From: Acidobacteriota bacterium
GTDB taxonomy: Bacteria; Acidobacteriota; Polarisedimenticolia; Polarisedimenticolales; JBBIHH01
DNA length: 64,000 nucleotides
Direction of reading: 5' to 3'
NCBI GenBank assembly: GCA_037447115.1
Contig: JBBIHH010000007.1
Location: 17,188-81,187 of the forward strand
The notes under the pieces: model-generated
Database searches by the model: none
What the model was told of the DNA's origin: nothing
The model's input: the letters and a program-made list of their open reading frames with translations, nothing else
Made by a program: the position numbers and the translations under genes
Shown: positions 8,243 through 16,680 of the stretch, piece by piece
Layout: each line of letters starts with the position of its first letter
Numbering within the stretch: the first letter of the stretch is position 1

Positions 8243-9454
8243 ATGGGGGCTCGAGGGATGGGAGCGAAGCCTATCGCGTTGCTCGTTCTGGCCCTGTCGT
8301 TCGGGGCGATGCCCGGAGCCTACGCCCAAGACGAGAAAGCGGGCGAGGGTCCGACGAACAAGCAGAACCGCTTCGCCCTCTATCTCGAGGCCCTGACCGG
8401 CAGCGTGGACGCCGAGGATCTCAACAGCTCGATCGCGACGAGCAGCACCGACCTGAGCCGCAGCTTCCTCGATGTCGACGATGCCACCCTCGGACGCGCT
8501 GCCATCGGTTGGAAGCTCCCGGGCAAAAAGGGTCGCGTGCTCCTGCGCTTCGAGGGCTACAAGGAGGACCACTACAGCTTCCGCAGCGAGGGACTGCTCT
8601 CCCTCACGTTCGACGAAACCAGAGGACTGTTCAACGACCGCACCTCGCAGCCGCTGTCGTGGTGGACCTACGCGGCGCAGCCCGGCGGCTTCACCTCCGA
8701 GCGCACGACACCCCTGTGGAACCCCGTCGCGGACGACGCGGATGCCGACAACATCGCCGACTTGGACGAGGTGCGCTACGCCGCTACCCCGGATCTCGTC
8801 CTCCAAGGCCCGGCACCGCGAAACTTGCAGAACCGGGTCGAGGTCTTCGACCTCGCCCTGGAGCGCGATTTCGGCGGTAGGCGTTACCACGCGCGCTGGA
8901 TGGGCGGTATCCGTCGGTATCGTTACGAAGGCCACGTCCCCGCCGGAGCATGGTTGCAGGTGAACAGCCAGGGTGCGGGCTTCACCTCGGGGAGTATACT
9001 GCGCCCGCTCGTCCTTCGACAGGACACCGACGGCGCGGGCACCTCGATGGGACTCGAGCTCCAGGAGCGCTTCCTGCGCGAGCGGCTCGTGCTCTACCAG
9101 GAGGCGCGCGCGGCCTTCGTGCTGCTGTCCGCGGACACGGACACGGGCGACATCATCATCCTGACCAACAACGGTAGCGAGATCGTCCCGGTCCAAGCGC
9201 GCCTCCAAGCGGAGGTGGACAAGAGCGCGTGGCACACCGCGCTCGAGATCGGCGTGCGGGTGCGCCTCGTCGAAGGACTCCACCTGCAGCTCGCCTTCCT
9301 GACGGGCGCGTTCCAGGATTCCGTGCTGCTTCCCGAGGCGATCGTTCTGCCGGAGACCACGCTTCAGGCGCGGTTGACCACCGTATCCGGCATCTTCAAG
9401 ACGCACGACATCCGGCTCGACGGCTGGCTCGGCGGGGTGACGTTCCAGTTCTGA
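8243..9454 (+). CDS. Putative outer-membrane beta-barrel protein (unknown family)
   Basis: Signal peptide PIALLVLALSFGAMPGAYAQ, amphipathic strand pattern and C-terminal GGVTFQF (terminal Phe). The alternative start is ATG 8258. Confidence 0.5.
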   Translation: MGARGMGAKPIALLVLALSFGAMPGAYAQDEKAGEGPTNKQNRFALYLEALTGSVDAEDLNSSIATSSTDLSRSFLDVDDATLGRAAIGWKLPGKKGRVLLRFEGYKEDHYSFRSEGLLSLTFDETRGLFNDRTSQPLSWWTYAAQPGGFTSERTTPLWNPVADDADADNIADLDEVRYAATPDLVLQGPAPRNLQNRVEVFDLALERDFGGRRYHARWMGGIRRYRYEGHVPAGAWLQVNSQGAGFTSGSILRPLVLRQDTDGAGTSMGLELQERFLRERLVLYQEARAAFVLLSADTDTGDIIILTNNGSEIVPVQARLQAEVDKSAWHTALEIGVRVRLVEGLHLQLAFLTGAFQDSVLLPEAIVLPETTLQARLTTVSGIFKTHDIRLDGWLGGVTFQF

Positions 9455-9475
9455 GCGCACCTGCCGCGCGCGGGC

Positions 9476-10756
9476 CTACCGGCCCGAGGTCAGCCGGCCC
9501 AGATCGTCCCAGAAGCGCGGATAGGATTTCGCGACGCAGGCCGCGTCGTCGAGGACGACACCGCCGAGCCTGAGCCCCGCGACGGCGAAGGCCATCGCGA
9601 TCCGGTGGTCGCCCGCCGTTTCCACGGGGCCACCCCGCAGACGGCCCGCCGGGGCGCGGACCACGAGCCGGTCCGCCTCTGCCCACGCCTCGCGCCCCAG
9701 GCGGCGGAGATTGCGCGCCACGAGCTCCAGGCGGTCGGATTCCTTGTGTCGCAGGTGCGCCACCCCACGCAGCACCGCGGTGCCTTCGGCGAAGAGCGCC
9801 AGAGCGGCGAAGGTGGGCGCCAGATCCGGGGCCTCGGTCAGGTCCACCTCGAAACCCGGCAGGCGCCCCGTGCCCTCGACCTCGATCCAGCCCTCTCCCG
9901 AGCGAACCGTCGCGCCGAGCTCGCGTAACGCTTTGGGGAACCGAGCGTCCGCCTGGGGGCTGTAGGGATCCAGGCCCTCCAGGCGCACGCTTCCCCCGAG
10001 AAGCATCGCGGCGGCGAAGAAGTAGGACGCGCTCGAGTGATCGCCCTCGATCGCGAAGTCCCGGCCCGCGTAGTCGCAGGGCGGCACGCGCCAGGTGGCG
10101 GGTCCGGTACGCTCCACGGGCACTCCGAACCCGCGCAGCACGTGCGCCGTCAGCTCGACGTAGGGGAGAGAGACGGCGGGCGGTTCGACCACGAGCTCGA
10201 GCCCCCGAGGCCGCCGGGCCCCGACGAGGAGCAACGCGCTCGCGAACTGGCTGCTGCGCGCTCCCCGCACCCCCACCCGCGCCGCCTGTGGGTCCCACGC
10301 ACGGCCCCCGACGATAAGCGGCAGGGAGCCGGCAGGGGGGCGTTCGACCCGCGCGCCGAGCCCCTCCAACGCCTGCAGCAGCTCTTCCACGGGCCGTTGC
10401 CTCAGGCGCGGCGTGCCGTCCAACCGCGAAGGCTCCTCCCCGAGAGCCGCCACCGCCGCGAGAAAGCGGAACGAGGTTCCCGAAGCGCCGAGCTGCAGCG
10501 TGCCGCCCCCCGGAACCCTCCCCGCCCGGCCCTCGACGGACCAGCCCTCGGGGGTGCAGCGGACGGAAAAACCGAGCTGCGCGAGCCCGTCCCGGGTGAC
10601 GAGCGTGTCGTCGGCCTCGAGGGGGCTGCGCAGCAGGCTCGTTCCGCGGGCGAGCGCGGCTGCCACGAGGGCCCGGTGCGTGACGCTCTTCGAGGGTACC
10701 GCGTGCAGCCGCGCCTTGAGCGGCCCCCGCGCGGGGTGGATGAGGCGGCCTGCCAT
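9476..10756 (-). CDS. aroA: 3-phosphoshikimate 1-carboxyvinyltransferase (EPSP synthase)
   Basis: ORF 9476..11062 trimmed to ATG 10756 (MAGRLIHPARGPLKARLHAVPSKSVTHRALV...). The EPSP synthase pattern continues through to GDHRIAMAFAVAGL. Confidence 0.9.
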   Translation of the reverse strand: MAGRLIHPARGPLKARLHAVPSKSVTHRALVAAALARGTSLLRSPLEADDTLVTRDGLAQLGFSVRCTPEGWSVEGRAGRVPGGGTLQLGASGTSFRFLAAVAALGEEPSRLDGTPRLRQRPVEELLQALEGLGARVERPPAGSLPLIVGGRAWDPQAARVGVRGARSSQFASALLLVGARRPRGLELVVEPPAVSLPYVELTAHVLRGFGVPVERTGPATWRVPPCDYAGRDFAIEGDHSSASYFFAAAMLLGGSVRLEGLDPYSPQADARFPKALRELGATVRSGEGWIEVEGTGRLPGFEVDLTEAPDLAPTFAALALFAEGTAVLRGVAHLRHKESDRLELVARNLRRLGREAWAEADRLVVRAPAGRLRGGPVETAGDHRIAMAFAVAGLRLGGVVLDDAACVAKSYPRFWDDLGRLTSGR

Positions 10757-10874
10757 CGCTGTTCGGTGTAGTATGCTCCCTCGCGTCGCGCTTCGCCTCC
10801 CGCGTGCGCGTCGCGGCTCGTGGTGCACGCCGGCCCGAAGGCCGACGGGCGAACGGGCTCGACCCGGATCACGC

Positions 10875-11969
10875 ATGAGGATCCCGCGGCCATCGCGCAT
10901 CGTGTCACGCCTCCTGTGCCTCGTTGGCCCGCCCTCGCGGGCCAGGGCCGGCCGGACCGCCAGGCCGTGGCTCGCCCCCGCGCTCGCCGCCCTCGCCGGG
11001 GTATCCGGCGGGGCCTCGGCGCAGGAGATCGACAAGGAGCTGCTCATGCACTTCGCGGCCAAGATGGCCGCGAAGGGGCAGTGGCGCGAAGCGCGCTTCC
11101 GCTGGGAGCAAGCCGCGGATCTGGATCCGGGGGATCCCTACCTCTGGAACAACTTGGCCGTCGCTGCGGAAGCCCTGGGCGAGTACACCACGGCTCGGCA
11201 GCATTACGAGCGGGCCCTCCAGCTCGCCCCGCAGGACCCGGACATCGGCGACAACGCGCGGCGCAACGCCTATCTCCTGGAATCGCTGGAGAGCCGGACC
11301 GAGGAGCCCTCGCCTGCTCCTGCGGGCGAGGCACCGCGCCGGCCGCGGGGCAAGAGGGGCAAACGCTTGCCCGTGACCGTGTCGCTTCCCGTGCCGGCGC
11401 GGCTCGATCTGACCGGTTACACGAGCCTGCTGGTCGCCGCCTTCCAGGTGCCCGAGGCGGAGCGCGTGGACCTGAGCCGGGAGCTGGCCCGTTATCTCCG
11501 CTCGCAATTCCGGCGGCACACGAGTCTCGAGGTCCTGGAGGTCAACCCCCCGCCGGCCATCCCGGAGCAACGGGTCGAGGATTTGCTGGCGAACCTCGAG
11601 TTCTGGCGTCACCTCGGCGCGACCCACGGCGCCGACATCATCGTGTCCGGACGCGCACGTTTCGCCCGACGCGACGCGTCGGGATTCCAGGACGTGGATC
11701 TGATCAGCCCTGCGACGGGCCAGAAGGTGCGCCAGACGCGGTTCGTGGAGCAGGAGGAGTTCTCGCTGGAGATCGAGCTGTGGTACCTGGACGGGCGCAA
11801 CGGCGCGCTGCTGCTGCGCGACCGCGTCCAACGCACCGGGGTCTTCGGTGGAACCGGCAACGACGCGTTGACCGCTCTCTACGAGCTCTCGGACCGGATG
11901 GCGGGTGACCTGCTGGGTTCCGTGACGCTCCAGCACCACCAGGACCTGCGCGTCATCTTCCGCGGGTGA
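10875..11969 (+). CDS. TPR-repeat periplasmic protein with C-terminal alpha/beta domain (TolB-N/LpoB-like by pattern)
   Basis: ORF 10413..11969 trimmed to ATG 10875. Signal-like WLAPALAALAGVSGGASAQ. TPR: GDPYLWNNLAVAAEALGEYTTARQHYERALQLAP. A basic linker PRRPRGKRGKR precedes the C-terminal domain, which ends ...GADIIVSGRARF... Confidence 0.55.
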   Translation: MRIPRPSRIVSRLLCLVGPPSRARAGRTARPWLAPALAALAGVSGGASAQEIDKELLMHFAAKMAAKGQWREARFRWEQAADLDPGDPYLWNNLAVAAEALGEYTTARQHYERALQLAPQDPDIGDNARRNAYLLESLESRTEEPSPAPAGEAPRRPRGKRGKRLPVTVSLPVPARLDLTGYTSLLVAAFQVPEAERVDLSRELARYLRSQFRRHTSLEVLEVNPPPAIPEQRVEDLLANLEFWRHLGATHGADIIVSGRARFARRDASGFQDVDLISPATGQKVRQTRFVEQEEFSLEIELWYLDGRNGALLLRDRVQRTGVFGGTGNDALTALYELSDRMAGDLLGSVTLQHHQDLRVIFRG

Positions 11970-11989
11970 GACCCGCAGAGGAACGGGAG

Positions 11990-14989
11990 ATGCAACGCTT
12001 GCGGATTGCCATCGCCCTCGCCGCGGTCGGCTTCGCCTCGGCGAATGCCGTCCGCGCCCAACTGTTCGACAGCGGGTTCGGGCAGAACAAGATCGCTTAC
12101 GAGCGGTTCGACTTCCGCGTCTACAAATCGCCGCATTTCGACGTGCACTACTACCCGGAGGAGGAGCCGTTCCTCGAAGACATCGTTGCCTACGCGGAGA
12201 GCGCCTACGACTACCTCAGCCGCGCCTTCGACCACGAGCTGCGCTGGCGCGTCCCGCTGATCGTCTACAAAACTCACGCCGAGTTCCAGCAGACCAACGT
12301 GCAGCTCTCCGAGATCCCCGAGTCCACGCTGGCCTTCGCCGAACCCTTGCAGAACCGGATGGTGCTGCCCATCGACTTTCCTCCGGACTTTCTGTACAAG
12401 GTGATCGTCCACGAGCTGACGCATATCTTCGAGTTCTCCATGTTCTTCGAGGGCAACCTGGGGCGCGCCCTGCGCTCGCAGCCGCCGCTGTGGCTGTTCG
12501 AGGGACTGGCCTCCTACATGGCGCAAGACGAGACGAACCTCGACCGCATGGTGGTGCGCGATGCGGTCGTGAACAACGTGCTTCCTCCCATCGAACAACT
12601 CGACGTGAGTAGCTTTTTTGCCTACCGCTACGGTCACGCCCTGTTCGACTACATCGAGCAGGAGCACGGCCGCGAGGGCCTGCGCACGTTCCTCTCCGAG
12701 TACCGCCAGGTGCTGTTGACGAACAACATCGGCAAGGCCGTCAAGGACGCGTTCGGCTACGAGCTCGACGAGCTCAACCGCCGCTTCAACCGCTACCTCC
12801 GGCGCAAATACCTGCCGGTGTTGATGGAGAAGAAGTCCCCCGACGACTACGGCAAGGAGATCGCGGCCCGGAAGTTGCGCCGCGGGTTCACTTTTTCTCC
12901 CGCCCTTTCGCCCTCGGGGGAACTCGTGGCGGTCTTTTCCGCGCCCAAGCTCGACCTCGATCTTTTGATCCTTTCGGCCGAGGACGGCTCGATCGTGCGC
13001 AACATCACCAAGGGGTGGACCAACAAGTACGAGCACCTGGTGACCCGGGTCTTCCAGGGCAAGCGGGACATCGCCTGGTCGCCGGCAGGCGACGAGATCG
13101 CCGTCTTCGCGCGTCGGGAAAACAAGCACAAGCTGCTGATTTTCAACGCCCTGACCGGCAGGCGCGTGCGCACGCTGGACTTCGCGGACATCGTGCAGGG
13201 CGCGAGCCCCGCCTTCTCGCCCGACGGCAGGCGCATCGCGTTCGAGGGTAACCTGCGGGGCACCGTGGACATCTTCGAGTACAACCTGGACACGGGCGAG
13301 GTCCGCAATTTGACGGGCGACGAACACTTCGACACCAACCCCTGGTACGCGGCCGACGGCAAGACGCTGCTCTACAACCGGCGCATCGGTCCCTACTGGA
13401 AGGTGTTCGCGGTGGACCTGGAGGACCCGGAACGCAAGACCCAGATCACCTTCGGCCCTTCCTCGGATCTCCAGCCGAGCTTCTCCCGCGACGGCAAAAC
13501 CATCTATTTCTCCTCGGACCGCGATGCGAACGGCGTGTTCAACATCTATGCCCTCGACGTCGCGACGGGCGAGGTGCGCCAGTACACGGACGTCGTGGGC
13601 GGGTGCTTCGGTCCGCTGGAGACCAGCCCGCGCGAGGAGCGACCCCAGCTCGTCTTCACGGCCTTTTTCGAGGGCAGCTTCCGCCTCTATCGCATGGGGC
13701 TGGGCGAGCCCGAACGGGTCGTCCCTGCCGGCGAGGCCGTCCCCGGCGCGGTGGAGATCGAACCTTTCGAGCCGCCGCTGCGCCTCAGCCTCGACGAGGA
13801 CAAAAAGCAGTCCTACCAACCGCGCTGGAGTCTCGACGTACCGTTCGTCACCGTCGGGGTGGCGGACGACGGAACGTTTCTCAGCAACACGTTCATCCAG
13901 TTCGGCGATCTGTTGGGGGACCGCCGTTTCATCATCCTCGCCCAGTCCGTTTCCAGCTTTTCCAACACGATCCTCTCCTACGTCAACCTCAAGCACCGCA
14001 CCAACTGGGGCGCGTCGTTGTTCGATCTCAGGGACTTCTTCACCCGCGTCGGCTTCGCCGGCCGCGAGCAGATCCAGCGCTCCACCGGGGGGAGCTTCTT
14101 CGTGGAGCATCCCTTCAACCGCCGCTACCGGGTGGAGGGCGAGGTCGGCCTCGTGGACAGCTCGCAGGACGTGCTCGACCGGGACTCGAGCGGGGTTTTC
14201 TTCTTCCGCCGGCTGTCGGATCGCTTCGGCCTGTTTCGCGTGGACTTCGTCGGCGACACCACCCGTTTCCTGGAGTTCGGGCCCTTCCAGGGCAAGCGCT
14301 TTCGCGTAGGCGCCGTGTGGGCTCCCAACCTCGGCGGCAATGTGGGCGAGGTGGTCACGCCCGTGCTCGGCAGCGACCCCCGGGGCGACATCCTCGAGTT
14401 CCGGCTCGACTTCCGTACCTACAAGCAGCTCACGCGCCGCTCGCTCATCGCCTGGAGGCTGGCGAGCGTGTACAACACCGGCGACCGGGTGAACTTCTAC
14501 GGCTTCGGCGGCATCAACCAGCTGCGGGGCTTCGAGTTCCGGGAGTTCTTCGGCTCCCGCATCGCCTGGAGCAACCTGGAGCTGCGCTTCCCGCTCGTGG
14601 ACGAACTGCGCTTCCCGTTCCTGGGGATCCAGGGGATCCGGGGCTTCTTGTTCTTCGATGTCGGCGCCGCGTGGTTGCCCCAGGACATGTTTTTCGATCC
14701 GCGGCTCGCCTCCGAGGTGGGCCTGCTCGTCCGTGCCGATCCGCGAACGGGGCAGATCATCCCCTTCCGCTTCTGGGACTCGGAGAACGACCGGCTCCAG
14801 GACGGGCGGGCGTCCTACGGTTTCGGGTTCCAGTTTCGCTTCCTCGGGGGGCTACAGCTCAACTGGGCGTGGGCCGAGGTGCTGGACTACACGCAGTACG
14901 TCTTCGACTTCGACACGCAGCAGCTCGTCGCCACCGAGGCCGACACCTCCGGGCGGCGCATGGACTTCTACATCGCCTTCGACTTCTGA
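11990..14989 (+). CDS. Fusion protein: MA-clan metallopeptidase-like domain + PD40/TolB-type beta-propeller + Omp85 (surface antigen D15) beta-barrel
   Basis: ATG 11990 (GGGAG SD; GTG 11966 is possible). Signal IAIALAAVGFASANAVRAQ. HEXXH in VIVHELTHIFEF. PD40-like repeats (SPALSPSGELVAVF, WSPAGDEIAVF, FSPDGRRIAFE, YAADGKTLLY, FSRDGKTIYFSSDR). Omp85-like C-terminus (GGINQLRGFEFREFFGSRIAWSNLELRFPL ... FFDVGAAW ... MDFYIAFDF). Confidence 0.7.
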   Translation: MQRLRIAIALAAVGFASANAVRAQLFDSGFGQNKIAYERFDFRVYKSPHFDVHYYPEEEPFLEDIVAYAESAYDYLSRAFDHELRWRVPLIVYKTHAEFQQTNVQLSEIPESTLAFAEPLQNRMVLPIDFPPDFLYKVIVHELTHIFEFSMFFEGNLGRALRSQPPLWLFEGLASYMAQDETNLDRMVVRDAVVNNVLPPIEQLDVSSFFAYRYGHALFDYIEQEHGREGLRTFLSEYRQVLLTNNIGKAVKDAFGYELDELNRRFNRYLRRKYLPVLMEKKSPDDYGKEIAARKLRRGFTFSPALSPSGELVAVFSAPKLDLDLLILSAEDGSIVRNITKGWTNKYEHLVTRVFQGKRDIAWSPAGDEIAVFARRENKHKLLIFNALTGRRVRTLDFADIVQGASPAFSPDGRRIAFEGNLRGTVDIFEYNLDTGEVRNLTGDEHFDTNPWYAADGKTLLYNRRIGPYWKVFAVDLEDPERKTQITFGPSSDLQPSFSRDGKTIYFSSDRDANGVFNIYALDVATGEVRQYTDVVGGCFGPLETSPREERPQLVFTAFFEGSFRLYRMGLGEPERVVPAGEAVPGAVEIEPFEPPLRLSLDEDKKQSYQPRWSLDVPFVTVGVADDGTFLSNTFIQFGDLLGDRRFIILAQSVSSFSNTILSYVNLKHRTNWGASLFDLRDFFTRVGFAGREQIQRSTGGSFFVEHPFNRRYRVEGEVGLVDSSQDVLDRDSSGVFFFRRLSDRFGLFRVDFVGDTTRFLEFGPFQGKRFRVGAVWAPNLGGNVGEVVTPVLGSDPRGDILEFRLDFRTYKQLTRRSLIAWRLASVYNTGDRVNFYGFGGINQLRGFEFREFFGSRIAWSNLELRFPLVDELRFPFLGIQGIRGFLFFDVGAAWLPQDMFFDPRLASEVGLLVRADPRTGQIIPFRFWDSENDRLQDGRASYGFGFQFRFLGGLQLNWAWAEVLDYTQYVFDFDTQQLVATEADTSGRRMDFYIAFDF

Positions 14990-15012
14990 GAAACGAGGAC
15001 CGTTCCGCTGGT

Positions 15013-15912
15013 CTAGTAGCGCCGCACGGCAACGAAGGAACCGAGCAGGCCGACGAGGCCGCCGGTGGCGGCGACGAGGCCCGCCGCACGGAGCGGCAGC
15101 GGCGCACCCAAGACGAGCGACAGCAGCGCCACGGGATCGGCCCCCGCCTGCCAGAGCAGGGCGCGTCGGGCAGCCTCGACGAGCGCCAGTGCCAGCGCCG
15201 CCGCCAGGAGGCCCTGCGCGAGCCCGGCCACGAGGAACGGTCCCCGCACGAGGCCGGGCGTGGCACCGACGAGGAGCATGATCTCGATCTCCTCGCGGCG
15301 GGCGTAGACCGCAAGGCGCAGGACGCTCGCCATCACCAGCGCCACGGCGGCGAACACCGGCACCGCCAGGCACAGCCCGACGATCCGCGCCGTGCGCAAG
15401 AGCGTCCCCACACGGTCGAGCCAGGCCCGGTCGTAGCGCACCTCTTCCACCCCTTCCAGCTTGCCCGCCGCCGCCGCCAGCTCTTCGATCGCCGCGGGCG
15501 CATCGGCGCCCGCCTGGAGCTCGACCTCGAACGACGCGGGCAAGGGGTTGTCGCCCAATGCCTCGGTCACCCCCGCCAGGCTGTCGCCGAAGGCGCGCCG
15601 GAAGCGACGCAGCGCCTCTGCCTTGTCCACGTAGCCGATCGCAGCCACGCCGGGCAGGGCCCGCAGCTGCGCGGCGATCGCTTGGCGCTGGTCCTCGACG
15701 AGACCGTCGGCGAGATAGACATGCACGCGAAGGTCCCGCCGCCACTGCTCGATCTGCCGCGCGAGGTTCGCGACCACCAGCAGCACGAGGGCGGCCAGAA
15801 ACAGCGCCCCGGCGAGGGTGGCGGTCGCCAGCAGGTGGACGCCGGGACTGCGGCGCCACGCGTCCCAGGCATCGGTGACGAAGTAACGCAGTCGCGCCCA
15901 CAAGCGGCTCAC
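15013..15912 (-). CDS. ftsX: Cell-division ABC transporter permease FtsX
   Basis: N-terminus RLRYFVTDAWDAWRRSPGVHLLATATLAGALFL, periplasmic loop and C-terminal TM bundle. It overlaps the ftsE stop by 4 nt. Confidence 0.85.
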   Translation of the reverse strand: MSRLWARLRYFVTDAWDAWRRSPGVHLLATATLAGALFLAALVLLVVANLARQIEQWRRDLRVHVYLADGLVEDQRQAIAAQLRALPGVAAIGYVDKAEALRRFRRAFGDSLAGVTEALGDNPLPASFEVELQAGADAPAAIEELAAAAGKLEGVEEVRYDRAWLDRVGTLLRTARIVGLCLAVPVFAAVALVMASVLRLAVYARREEIEIMLLVGATPGLVRGPFLVAGLAQGLLAAALALALVEAARRALLWQAGADPVALLSLVLGAPLPLRAAGLVAATGGLVGLLGSFVAVRRY

Positions 15913-16574
15913 GGCGCACGTTCCCCCACGACACGCCCCCGCTCGAGTACCACGGTCCGCCGGTGCATGCGGTCCAGCAGCGCTCGGTCGTGGGTGGCGA
16001 CGAGGACGGTCGTGCCGCGAGCGTTGATCTCCGCGAACAAGCGCATGATCTCGAGCGCGAGCTCGGGATCGAGGTTGCCCGTCGGCTCGTCCGCCAGCAG
16101 CAGATCGGGCTCGTGCACGATGGCGCGGGCGATGGCGACGCGCTGCTGTTCGCCTCCGGAAAGCGCCGCGGGCAGGACATTCATCCTGTGGTGCAGGCCC
16201 ACGCGGCGCAGGGCGGCGAAGGCCCGGCGGCGCTGTTCCGCCAGCGGCAGGCCCAGCACATGGAGCACGTAGGCGACGTTCTCCAGGGCCGTCTTGCGGC
16301 CGATCAGCCGGAAGTCCTGGAACACCACGCCCAGCGTGCGCCGCAGCTCCGGAACCTTCGAGGGCGGCAGGGCCGCGACGTTCCTACCGTTGACAATCAC
16401 CTGGCCCGAAGTGGGCAGCTCCTGGCGCATGAGGATGCGCAGCAGCGTCGTCTTCCCCGCCCCGGAGGGACCGGTGATGAACACGAATTCACCCCGCTCC
16501 ACCTCCAGCCCTACGCCCTCGAGCGCCACGGTACCCCCGGGGTAGCGTTTCGTGAGTTGGTAGACCCGGATCAT
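15909..16574 (-). CDS. ftsE: Cell-division ATP-binding protein FtsE
   Basis: ORF 15909..17132 trimmed to ATG 16574 (MIRVYQLTKRY). Walker A GPSGAGKTT, signature LSGGEQQRVAIARA, Walker B LLLADEPTGNLD. Confidence 0.9.
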   Translation of the reverse strand: MIRVYQLTKRYPGGTVALEGVGLEVERGEFVFITGPSGAGKTTLLRILMRQELPTSGQVIVNGRNVAALPPSKVPELRRTLGVVFQDFRLIGRKTALENVAYVLHVLGLPLAEQRRRAFAALRRVGLHHRMNVLPAALSGGEQQRVAIARAIVHEPDLLLADEPTGNLDPELALEIMRLFAEINARGTTVLVATHDRALLDRMHRRTVVLERGRVVGERAP

Positions 16575-16648
16575 CGGCTGGCTGCGACGAGCGCGCGGGG
16601 CAGACCCCCGGGCGTGCCGCTCCAGGACACGCGGGGCGATTCCTCGAG

Positions 16649-16677
16649 GAGGCAGGCGCGAGGTTCTCCCCTGCCTC
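16649..16677 (-). terminator. Hairpin directly after the M1 peptidase stop (putative terminator or processing site before ftsE)
   Basis: GAGGCAGG (16649..16656) pairs with CCTGCCTC (16670..16677), giving an 8-bp perfect stem and a 13-nt loop. There is no U-tract. Confidence 0.25.
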
Positions 16678-16680
16678 GCC

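Noticed and set aside
9476-11062. Long N-terminal extensions appear in the ORF track, for example aroA to 11062, htrA to 26727, ftsE to 17132, fadB-like to 22792, lnt to 57232 and creatininase to 55646.
   Set aside because: The extensions run through the neighbouring upstream gene in another frame and lack homology-like sequence. Internal ATG or GTG codons with SD-like motifs give proteins that begin where the family normally begins.
11879-14110. A 743-aa minus-strand ORF lies opposite the peptidase-propeller-Omp85 gene. A similar 889-aa plus-strand ORF at 13603..16272 crosses into ftsX and ftsE.
   Set aside because: They mirror or shift the frames of well-supported genes. Their composition is low-complexity and they carry no motifs. 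The second would have to run through a convergent gene junction.
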